This document shows positions 55,976 through 64,000 of a stretch of DNA of 64,000 bases, in pieces. Each line of letters starts with the position of its first letter. The first letter of the stretch is position 1. Position numbers and translations under genes: made by a program. Origin of the DNA: Nitrospira japonica (GTDB lineage Bacteria > Nitrospirota > Thermodesulfovibrionia > Thermodesulfovibrionales > SM23-35); NCBI GenBank assembly GCA_020725385.1, contig DYFC01000010.1:1-64000 (forward strand), written 5' to 3'. The notes under the pieces were generated by a model. The model did no database searches, was not told the origin of the DNA, and saw only the letters and a list, made by a program, of their open reading frames with translations.

Positions 55976-57214
55976 CTAGTATATAGGAAATCTTTCGCAG
56001 AGTGATTCAACTCTGAGTCTGAGAGAATTTATTGCAGATTCATTTTTACTGTTATGAATTACAGATGTAATAATATCAGCAATCTCTGCCATTTCAGGCT
56101 CACCCATTCCTCTGGTTGTAACGCAAGGTGTTCCAAGCCTTATTCCGCTTGTTATAGTAGCTGACCTTTGATCATACGGAATTACATTCTTATTTACAGT
56201 AATTCTTGCAATGCTTAAAGCCTCTTCAGCTTCTTTACCTGTGATATTTTTATTATTCAGGTCTATGAGCATAAGATGATTATCGGTTCCACCTGAAATA
56301 ATGTTAAACCCATTTTTTAAAAGTTCATCAGCAAGTTTTCTTGCATTTCTGACAACCATTGATTGATAATCCTTAAATTCAGGCGCCATTGCTTCTTTAA
56401 GAGCAACTGCCTTTGCAGCAATTACATGAACAAGCGGGCCGCCCTGTATTCCAGGAAAAATTGTTTTATCTATTACTTTTGCATATTCACCTTTACATAA
56501 AATCAACCCTCCCCTCGGTCCTCTGAGAGTTTTATGAGTTGTTGTTGTAACAAAATCAGCATAGGGGACAGGAGATGGATGCAAACCTGCTGCAACAAGT
56601 CCTGCAATATGTGCTATATCAGCCATCAAATAAGCTCCAGCCTCTTTGGCTATATTTGAGAAAATTTCAAAATCAATTATTCTTGAATATGCACTTGCAC
56701 CAACAAGTAGTATCTTTGGTTTATTTTCAATTGCCAGACGTCTAACTTCTTCATAATCAATCATCCCGGTTTCTTTGTTGACACCATAAAAAACTGTTTT
56801 ATAAAAAATACCGGAAAAGTTTACCGACGCTCCGTGTGACAGATGTCCTCCGTGGCTAAGGCTCATGCTCAGTATTGTATCCCCTGGTTTTAATACAGAG
56901 AAAAACACAGCCATGTTAGCCTGAGACCCTGAATGAGGCTGAACATTGACATGTTCTGCATTAAAAAGCTGTTTTGCTCTTTCTTTTGCAAGGTTTTCTA
57001 CTACATCAGCATATTCACAGCCACCATAATATCTTTTACCGGGATAGCCTTCAGCGTACTTATTCGTAAAAACCGAGCCCTGTATTTCCATAACAGCTTT
57101 GCTTGCATAATTCTCAGAAGCAATAAGCACAATGTTCTTTCTTTCCCTTTCGATTTCGTTTTGGACAGCTTCATAAACATCAGGGTCTGTTAATCTCAAG
57201 TTTTCAAATATCAT
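55976..57214 (-). CDS. glyA: serine hydroxymethyltransferase
   Basis: [15 protein letters not shown] and [14 protein letters not shown]. Confidence 0.98.
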   Translation of the reverse strand: MIFENLRLTDPDVYEAVQNEIERERKNIVLIASENYASKAVMEIQGSVFTNKYAEGYPGKRYYGGCEYADVVENLAKERAKQLFNAEHVNVQPHSGSQANMAVFFSVLKPGDTILSMSLSHGGHLSHGASVNFSGIFYKTVFYGVNKETGMIDYEEVRRLAIENKPKILLVGASAYSRIIDFEIFSNIAKEAGAYLMADIAHIAGLVAAGLHPSPVPYADFVTTTTHKTLRGPRGGLILCKGEYAKVIDKTIFPGIQGGPLVHVIAAKAVALKEAMAPEFKDYQSMVVRNARKLADELLKNGFNIISGGTDNHLMLIDLNNKNITGKEAEEALSIARITVNKNVIPYDQRSATITSGIRLGTPCVTTRGMGEPEMAEIADIITSVIHNSKNESAINSLRLRVESLCERFPIY

Positions 57215-57662
57215 TTTTTACTAATCTTTCCTCTATTTTTTGAATTTTTTCAAGACGCCTGCAGTGTCTATCTCCTTCAAAAGGAGTGCTCACCCAGGTT
57301 TTAACTATTTCTCTTGCAAGATCTTTTCCTATTATTCTGCCACCCATCACAAGAATATTTGCGTCATTATGTAATCTGCTCATTTTTGCAGTAAAAAGAT
57401 CATTACATAACGATGCTCTAACACCCGGAAATTTATTTGCTACAATAGACATACCAATACCTGTACCGCATATCAGTATGCCTTTCTCAATTTTACCAGA
57501 GGATATTGCATCCGAAACTTTTTCACCAAAATCAGGATAATCAACTGAAGTACTGGTATCAGTTCCAAAGTCAATATAATTTATCCGGAGTTCATTCAAT
57601 AGTGAGAGAATCTCTCTTTTGAGTTCTATCCCAGCATGATCACAGCCAATAGCAATAGTCAT
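57204..57662 (-). CDS. rpiB: ribose-5-phosphate isomerase B
   Basis: DHAG, VDYPD, CGTGIG, HNDAN and FEGDRH. Confidence 0.95.
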   Translation of the reverse strand: MTIAIGCDHAGIELKREILSLLNELRINYIDFGTDTSTSVDYPDFGEKVSDAISSGKIEKGILICGTGIGMSIVANKFPGVRASLCNDLFTAKMSRLHNDANILVMGGRIIGKDLAREIVKTWVSTPFEGDRHCRRLEKIQKIEERLVKNDI

Positions 57663-57737
57663 TTTTTTACCCGAAAATTAGAATATCTTAATATTATCTG
57701 ACAGATTCTTGTTAAGTCAAGAATACATGTTTTACAA

Positions 57738-57869
57738 CAGCAATTCACAGCAAATTTTGAAAGCTTCAAGATTTCTCGATTTGCTCGAAATGACAATAAA
57801 GAAGGTTCGCCTTGTCATTCCGAAGAAGTATAAGCAACTGAGGAATCTTGCATCCTTTTCACCAAGAAT
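57738..57869. mobile_element. MITE-like element family A
   Basis: Colinear with 48460-48596 (CAGCAATTCAC..AGATTTCTCG..GAAATGAC..GTCATTCCGAAG..GAGGAATCT); right end eroded. Confidence 0.8.
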
Positions 57870-57876
57870 ACATATC

Positions 57877-59433
57877 TTACACTTTCTTTTTTATATCTAT
57901 GCGGGGGAAAAGAGCAGGACCTTTTGAGATTTTTTGTCCTGGTCTGAGTATTCCCCAGTTTGCGTGCTTATTTAAATCCAGTTTTGAAATATCACCTTCT
58001 AAAGAAAGTTGATTATATATTTTTTGGGCTGTATCAGGCATAAAAGGGAAAAGTGCTATAGCTATTAAACGAATTGATTCAACAAATGTATAAAGTATAT
58101 TAGAAAGTGTATCCTGATCTTCTTCCTTCCATGGCGCAGCATTCTGGATATATTCATTTACATCATTTATAACCGACCATATTAAAGCAAGAATATTGTG
58201 AAATTCAAGATATTTAAAATGGTTATCAATCTTTGAAAATAGATTTTCTTCTGAACCTTGAAACCGCGCCTTCACTTTCTTTTCAAGTTCTTCCCTGTCC
58301 TGTTCCTCTACTGGAGAAGGAATTATTCCATCTCTATATTTCTCGACCATTGTCAAAGAACGGCTTAGAAGATTTCCAAGGTCATTGGCAAGATCTGTGT
58401 TAAATCTCTGGGTTATAGCATGTTCGGAAAAATCACCATCGAGTCCGAAAGTAACCTCCCTGAAAAGAAAATATCTGAAGGCGTCAGAGCCGAATCTTTC
58501 TGCTATATCATGCGGGTCAACAACATTACCAAGAGACTTGGACATCTTTTTCCCTTCGATAGTCCACCAGCCGTGCGCAAAAATATTACCGGGTAATGGA
58601 AGGTCAAGTGCCATTAGCATTGCAGACCAGTATATTGCATGGGTTGTTAGTATATCTTTCCCAATCAGGTGATGATCGGCTGGCCACCATATGTCTGAAT
58701 CCGGAGCAAGATATTTTGTTGCTGAATAATAATTTGTTAGTGCATCAAACCATACATAAGTTACAAAATTGTCATCAAATGGTAATGGCACTCCCCATGC
58801 AAGTCTTTGTTTTGGTCTTGATATGCAAAGGTCACCCAAAACATTATTTTTCAGAAAACCAAGAACTTCATTGCGTCTTGTCTCCGGCAGTATATAATAT
58901 GGATTATCTTCTATATATTTAATTAACCTTTCCTGATATTTTGACATTAAAAAGAAATAATTTTCTTCCGTAATCTTTTCAACTGGTCTTTTACAGTCAG
59001 GGCATTTACCTTCTTCTACTTCTTTTTCTGTCCAGAAGCGTTCGTCGGGGACACAGTACCAGCCTGAATATAGTCTTTTTTCAATTTCACCTTTATTGTA
59101 TAATTCCTGAAGCACCTGTTTTACAACCTCTTTATGTTCTATGTCAGTAGTACGTATAAAAGCATCATATTTTATATTAAGCTTTACCCAGAGTTTCTTG
59201 AAATTTTCAACCATTAAATCAGCATGTTCTTTTGGAGAGAGACCTTTATCTTTAGCTGCTTTTTCTACCTTTTGGCCATGCTCATCAGTACCTGTAAGGA
59301 AAAAGACTTTTCTGCCTCTTAATCTGTTATATCTTGCAAGTATATCAGCAGCGACTGTTGTATATACATGTCCTATATGCGGAACATCATTTACATAATA
59401 TATTGGAGTTGTTACATAAAATTTATTTTCCAT
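57877..59433 (-). CDS. metG: methionyl-tRNA synthetase (short form, no C-terminal tRNA-binding domain)
   Basis: TTPIYY..HIGH, GTDEHG, YVWFDAL and KMSKS. Confidence 0.97.
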   Translation of the reverse strand: MENKFYVTTPIYYVNDVPHIGHVYTTVAADILARYNRLRGRKVFFLTGTDEHGQKVEKAAKDKGLSPKEHADLMVENFKKLWVKLNIKYDAFIRTTDIEHKEVVKQVLQELYNKGEIEKRLYSGWYCVPDERFWTEKEVEEGKCPDCKRPVEKITEENYFFLMSKYQERLIKYIEDNPYYILPETRRNEVLGFLKNNVLGDLCISRPKQRLAWGVPLPFDDNFVTYVWFDALTNYYSATKYLAPDSDIWWPADHHLIGKDILTTHAIYWSAMLMALDLPLPGNIFAHGWWTIEGKKMSKSLGNVVDPHDIAERFGSDAFRYFLFREVTFGLDGDFSEHAITQRFNTDLANDLGNLLSRSLTMVEKYRDGIIPSPVEEQDREELEKKVKARFQGSEENLFSKIDNHFKYLEFHNILALIWSVINDVNEYIQNAAPWKEEDQDTLSNILYTFVESIRLIAIALFPFMPDTAQKIYNQLSLEGDISKLDLNKHANWGILRPGQKISKGPALFPRIDIKKKV

Positions 59434-60325
59434 CTTGTTGGTTATCCTTTTTTCTGTGAAATCTTCTTTTTTTCCTCTTTGGATGCCATCTTCTATATTG
59501 TTCTCTTTGCTCATCAGGTTTTTGCTCCGAGTCAGTTTTAAGTTCCTGTTTATTATTCACTAAAGTTTCTTCATTTATCTCAGGCTCATAAATTTGCTCA
59601 CTCGAAACTACGACAACTTCTTCATTATCATTTTCTTCAATCAATGTGATTTCTTCCTCGATATTTTCTGTTTTTAAAGAAACATCCTCTGTGTAAGTTT
59701 CTGAATATTCGTATCCAAGACAGCACATCAATCTTCCGCACACACCTGATAGTTTTCCTGTATTAAGTACAAGTTCCTGTTTTTTTGCCATTTTAATTGA
59801 AATAGGTTCAAAGTTTATTAAAAATTTTTTACAACATAATTCTCTCCCGCATATCCCGAGACTTCCGATAATCCTTGCTCCGTCCCTAACTCCTATCTGC
59901 CTCATTTCTATTCTTGTTTTAAATCTCGAAGCAAGGTCCTTAACAAGTTCTCTAAAGTCTATTCTTTTTTCAGCAGTGAAATAGAAGATTATTCTTTTCC
60001 TGTCAAGCGTTGATTCTGTAGCAATGAGTTTCATTGGAAGTCCTCTTGCCATTATTCTTTCAAGACAGAATAATTTTGCTTCTGCTTCGAGACCTTTGTT
60101 TTCTTCCTGCTGGGCAATGTCTTCTTCTGTTACTTTTCTAATTATTTTTTTAAGATTGTGTTCTGAGTCTTCAATTGTGCGTCTTTCTGTAACAACACTG
60201 CCTATATTAAGACCGAGTTCAGATTCCACAACTACAAGATCGCCCCTGTTTATCTCAACTCCGTTTACCTCAAAATCGTATATTTTCCCGCATGGTTTAA
60301 ATCTAACACCAATAACATCAGGCAT
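59423..60325 (-). CDS. ricT: PSP1/RicT (YaaT) family protein
   Basis: RIDFRELVKDLA..RIEMRQIG, CGRELCC and CGRLMCCL. Confidence 0.9.
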   Translation of the reverse strand: MPDVIGVRFKPCGKIYDFEVNGVEINRGDLVVVESELGLNIGSVVTERRTIEDSEHNLKKIIRKVTEEDIAQQEENKGLEAEAKLFCLERIMARGLPMKLIATESTLDRKRIIFYFTAEKRIDFRELVKDLASRFKTRIEMRQIGVRDGARIIGSLGICGRELCCKKFLINFEPISIKMAKKQELVLNTGKLSGVCGRLMCCLGYEYSETYTEDVSLKTENIEEEITLIEENDNEEVVVVSSEQIYEPEINEETLVNNKQELKTDSEQKPDEQREQYRRWHPKRKKRRFHRKKDNQQDGK

Positions 60326-61370
60326 TATCAAAATCCATCCTTGTTCTTAAAAGTAAACCTGTATAGTTCCATGTAAGAGATTTATTAAGATTATAACGCA
60401 AATATCCTTTTAATCTACTCATTTGCTGATAGATTTCTATTATAACCTTTAAGTTCATAGTTCTGCTTAATTTTTCTATATAGTCCTTCAAATCAATATT
60501 AATCATCCAATTTCCATCTTTCTTAACCTTTAAAAGAGCCATATCTCTAAGTAATACTAAGAATATTTCAAACCATCTTTCCATCTCCTCACGGGAACTC
60601 CATCCATCTTTTTCAGCATTTAACATATCTTCTAATAAATCAATAAACCATTTGCGTTCTTCGACAAGATTAACCGTTACTGCATATCCTGGTTTTCCCA
60701 TAGCAAGCCTTGAAATTATTTCTAACATATCAATTTCAGATAATTTATTATCTGCATTTTTCACTTTAGATGTTTTTGAAGATATTTTACTAACATTATA
60801 TTTATTTCCCATAACCTTTTTAATCACTTTTAAACATTCATTAGATGATAATGGAGCAAAGTTAACCCTGCAACATCTTGATCTTATAGTATCCGGTAAT
60901 AATTCAGGCATGGATGACACAAGTATTATAAGACTGTTTTCTGGAGGCTCTTCGAGTGTTTTTAAAAAGGCATTTGCTGCTGATTGATTCATATCCTCCG
61001 CATTATCGATTATTACAATTTTATATTGACCTTCGTAAGCTTTTAGTGATAATGCTTCTTCAATAGACCTGATTTCCTCAATTTTTATTTGATTTCCTTC
61101 TGATTCAATCATAAGGAAATCCGGATGTATTCCTTTTTCTATTTTCTGACATGAAGAACATTCATCGCAAGCATCATAAAAAAGACTATTGTTATTACTT
61201 CTTTTTTCAGAAATACAATTAAGAGCCTTAGCAAGATTTAAGGCAGTAAATTTTTTGCCTATACCTGACTCACCTGAAAAAAGATATGTTGATGGAATTT
61301 TACCCTTTTCTATAGTTCTTAATAGTATGTTTATAGCCTTGTCTTGTCCGATTACATCTTTTAATGCCAT
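60318..61370 (-). CDS. holB: DNA polymerase III subunit delta-prime
   Basis: GIGK, Zn motif C..CDECSSC, HPD, AANAFLKTLEEP and TIRSRC; follows tmk. Confidence 0.93.
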   Translation of the reverse strand: MALKDVIGQDKAINILLRTIEKGKIPSTYLFSGESGIGKKFTALNLAKALNCISEKRSNNNSLFYDACDECSSCQKIEKGIHPDFLMIESEGNQIKIEEIRSIEEALSLKAYEGQYKIVIIDNAEDMNQSAANAFLKTLEEPPENSLIILVSSMPELLPDTIRSRCCRVNFAPLSSNECLKVIKKVMGNKYNVSKISSKTSKVKNADNKLSEIDMLEIISRLAMGKPGYAVTVNLVEERKWFIDLLEDMLNAEKDGWSSREEMERWFEIFLVLLRDMALLKVKKDGNWMINIDLKDYIEKLSRTMNLKVIIEIYQQMSRLKGYLRYNLNKSLTWNYTGLLLRTRMDFDNA

Positions 61371-61388
61371 ATTCTCTCCAGACTATAT

Positions 61389-62021
61389 TTATAAACCATG
61401 CTGACTAATATAATTCGTAATTATAGAAATAACTTTTTCATAAACTCTATTATGTTCCAAGGATGCATCAACAATCTTTATTCTATCAGGTTCTTTTTCA
61501 GCAAGCGCAAGATACCCTGCTCGAACCTTTTTATGAAACTCTATATCTTCAAGCTCAAGTCTGTCAATCTTATTTATACCTTTATTTCTCATTAGCCCTA
61601 TCTCTACATCAAGGTCAAGGAGAAACGTAATGTTAGGTCTTAAGTTATTTGTTGCAATTGAATCAATACTGTCAAGCAAATTTAGACTTATACCTCTTCC
61701 ATAGCCCTGATAAGCATAGGTTGAATCAGTGAACCGGTCTGTAATAACAAAAGCACCACGATTCAATGCTGGCATAATTAGTTCATGAATATGCTGAGCC
61801 CTTGCAGCATTGTATAGAAGAAGTTCTGTCACATGAGTCATATTTTTATTATCCAAGGAAAGAAGAATTTCACGTATTTTCAGGCTTATAGGAGTCCCTC
61901 CAGGCTCTGCTGTAAGTACAGTTTCATATCCTTTTTCAGATAAATATTTTGAGAGTAAAGAAGCCTGGGTTGATTTCCCTGAGCCTTCAATTCCCTCAAA
62001 AGATATAAATATTCCTTTCAA
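61389..62021 (-). CDS. tmk: thymidylate kinase
   Basis: EGIEGSGKST, EPGG and DRF.DST.AYQG. Confidence 0.97.
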   Translation of the reverse strand: MKGIFISFEGIEGSGKSTQASLLSKYLSEKGYETVLTAEPGGTPISLKIREILLSLDNKNMTHVTELLLYNAARAQHIHELIMPALNRGAFVITDRFTDSTYAYQGYGRGISLNLLDSIDSIATNNLRPNITFLLDLDVEIGLMRNKGINKIDRLELEDIEFHKKVRAGYLALAEKEPDRIKIVDASLEHNRVYEKVISIITNYISQHGL

Positions 62022-62056
62022 TTATTGTCCTTTCTTCAATATTTTTTAAAAACCAG

Positions 62057-62190
62057 CAGCAATTCACGGTGAAAGAAGGCAAGATTCTTCAGTCGCTTAT
62101 ACTCCTTTGGAATGACAAGGGGAACCCCTTCAATGTCATTCCGGGCAAAGAGAGGAATCTCAAAGCTTTACAAAATCACCATGAATTGCT
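62057..62190. mobile_element. MITE-like element family A, inverted relative to 48460
   Basis: TIRs CAGCAATTCACGGT / ACCATGAATTGCT; internal AGATTC..GGAATGAC and GTCATTCC..GAGGAATCT. Confidence 0.8.
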
Positions 62191-62391
62191 CGAAAATCAT
62201 TTAACTACCGAATAATTCACATTTATTATGTTAACCTAAAAATTCAAACATTTCTCAAAATTTATTTGACCCGATGATTATATTTTAGCTTAAAGATTAT
62301 AAATCTATGGCTTTGCAGAGGCTAACTTTAATTTTTTCATAAAAACACAGTTGCACAAATAATCTTTAAAATGTTATTTTATTTACTCTAT

Positions 62392-62466
62392 AGGCGCGTA
62401 GCTCAGTGGGAGAGCGCTTCCTTGACGCGGAAGAGGCCAAGGGTTCAATCCCCTTCGCGCCTACCA
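62392..62466 (+). tRNA. tRNA-Val (GAC)
   Basis: AGGCGCGTAGCTCAG..CTTCC-TT-GAC-GC-GGAAG..GGTTCAATCCC..CGCGCCTACCA. Confidence 0.97.
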
Positions 62467-62477
62467 TTTAATAGATA

Positions 62478-63155
62478 TCAATGTACTTTATTTAAGAATT
62501 TCTCAATTATATCAGCATCTTCATTACTTATATCCGTAAATTTTATTCCATAGTAATTCATTTCCTCATTTTCTTTTTTCTCAAGAGTCCTTACAATTTC
62601 GGCTTCTACTGATATCTTTCTCGATTCAGGGATGCTTAAATTACACAAAATTAAGTCTCCTTCTGAAAGCAAAGCTTTCGTATTTATTAACATACCCGAT
62701 GTGCTTATATTCTCTGTATATGCTATAATACTTTTTCTTCTAAAATTACCTTCAATTTTTAATTTAACAGGTATTCTGCATGATTTTCTTTGTGCAATAT
62801 TAAGAAGCTGGTGCATCTCTTGAAGCAAAATTGCACTATTTATAGGGTATGTTAAGAATGTATTTGCCTGACATTTTAAGCAACGCTGGCGGTGTAATTT
62901 TGTGTTTGAGCATAAAATAATAATAGATACTTTATTTAGCTCTTTATCATTTCGTATGAGGGAGCAAAGTGTTTCTCCGCTCATACTTTTGGAGTCAAGA
63001 TACGTGACTATGAGATCTGCTTTTTCAGTTTTATGTATTAAGAGAACATGCTTATTTGATAAAGATATATATTTTTTTATATCTTCTCTATCAAGGAAAC
63101 TCTGTTCTTTTTCGAGTTCCTTATTTATTTTTTTATCAATAATAATTTTTTTCAT
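62478..63155 (-). CDS. degenerate receiver plus PilZ domain protein
   Basis: REC-like N-terminus (ADLIVTYLD, SG..LC, LTYP); PilZ motifs RKSCR and NISTSG. Confidence 0.78.
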   Translation of the reverse strand: MKKIIIDKKINKELEKEQSFLDREDIKKYISLSNKHVLLIHKTEKADLIVTYLDSKSMSGETLCSLIRNDKELNKVSIIILCSNTKLHRQRCLKCQANTFLTYPINSAILLQEMHQLLNIAQRKSCRIPVKLKIEGNFRRKSIIAYTENISTSGMLINTKALLSEGDLILCNLSIPESRKISVEAEIVRTLEKKENEEMNYYGIKFTDISNEDADIIEKFLNKVH

Positions 63156-63274
63156 CTGGCTTTTATACCAGTATATATTATCAGTCCTTAAGAGTAAAGT
63201 ACCAAAGAGAGCAAAAAGCATAGATTAGTTTTCTACTTGGGAAGTAACTATTAAAGTATTTGAAAGGAAATTAT

Positions 63275-64000
63275 ATGAAAAAAAGTTATGCAACAAATGA
63301 TAAACATATTGTTATAAATGAAAGATCTTTAGTTGCTGTAGAATTTACTATTGAATGGAAAAGTTTTTATGCCTGCCATACTGACTGCTTCTATACAAGG
63401 AATCTTAATTTATGGAGAGATTTACTTCCAGAAAATATTCACAAATCACTTATAGGTAAATATTCGGAGCTGACACTTAATTTTCAGTGTAATGAATTTT
63501 TCAAATTCTGCGAATTCGATGATAATTTGCTTTTTGAGATAAACCAGAAGCAATTTGATAGAAAATGTTTTTTCCCTCTTGAAATTGTTCCACAATCAGG
63601 CAGATTTTACCCTAAAGGAATTTTAAAAGGTCTCCAAAACATATTCAAAGGAAATCAGGAACCTTTTAGATGTGTTAGTTACGATGAATCAAACATTATT
63701 GTTGACTTTAATCATCCGCTCTCGGGATTGCACCCAAAACTTTCTATGTTTATTCATGAGATTAGAACTAAATCAGGTGAAACAGGGGGAGAATGTACAG
63801 ATTGGATCGAAACAATCATTAACGGTCCAGGAATGCAGGCTCGCTGGAATGAAACTCCAACAGATTTTTTCAAAGACAATCCTTTTTCAAGAACCGATGA
63901 AAATAACGATACGCTTTTTTACGAAAAACCTCGTTTTACATCACATGTAGATAAAAAAGCCCGGTCAATAATTTCAGGGATATATGGAAATATCTTAAAA
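63275..64000 (+). CDS. partial CDS running off the window end; hypothetical, possibly N-terminus of a SAM methyltransferase-domain protein
   Basis: Open frame from ATG 63275 (AAGGA RBS) to the window end; GRFYPKG, DFNHPL and D..FYEKPRF..H.D motifs. Confidence 0.6.
   Translation, partial: MKKSYATNDKHIVINERSLVAVEFTIEWKSFYACHTDCFYTRNLNLWRDLLPENIHKSLIGKYSELTLNFQCNEFFKFCEFDDNLLFEINQKQFDRKCFFPLEIVPQSGRFYPKGILKGLQNIFKGNQEPFRCVSYDESNIIVDFNHPLSGLHPKLSMFIHEIRTKSGETGGECTDWIETIINGPGMQARWNETPTDFFKDNPFSRTDENNDTLFYEKPRFTSHVDKKARSIISGIYGNILK

Noticed and set aside
63672-63950. 92-aa plus-strand ORF in the track
   Set aside because: Out-of-frame overlap within the longer CDS starting at 63275 that runs off the window end.

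Overview
AT-rich bacterial chromosome segment. Gene content and order suggest an anaerobic Nitrospirota (Thermodesulfovibrionia-like) or deltaproteobacteria-like organism; this is an inference, not a search result. Most of the window is housekeeping: ndk, mdh, kdsB-pyrG-kdsA-kdsD, trpS, mfd, hisG, lolA, tsaD, ligA, fabG-acpP-fabF-rnc, tmk-holB-ricT-metG, rpiB-glyA-nrdR, tRNA-Pro(TGG), tRNA-Val(GAC) and a probable 6S RNA. Accessory blocks are a TonB receptor with two DUF4198-like proteins, an octaheme cytochrome followed by two V4R proteins and a hybrid kinase, an MNT-HEPN pair, a second octaheme cytochrome and a copper-efflux operon. The most notable signals are absent from the ORF track: (1) a structured 5' leader present twice (20667-20775 and 25548-25638), with covarying ANGAA-pentaloop hairpins overlapping an intrinsic terminator, which looks like an uncharacterised antitermination switch; (2) a 55-aa dual-CxxC selenoprotein with an in-frame UGA and SECIS-like hairpin (41715-41882), directly upstream of an octaheme cytochrome; (3) several families of small palindromic MITE/REP-like elements. 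No CRISPR array, rRNA, transposase or integrase was seen.
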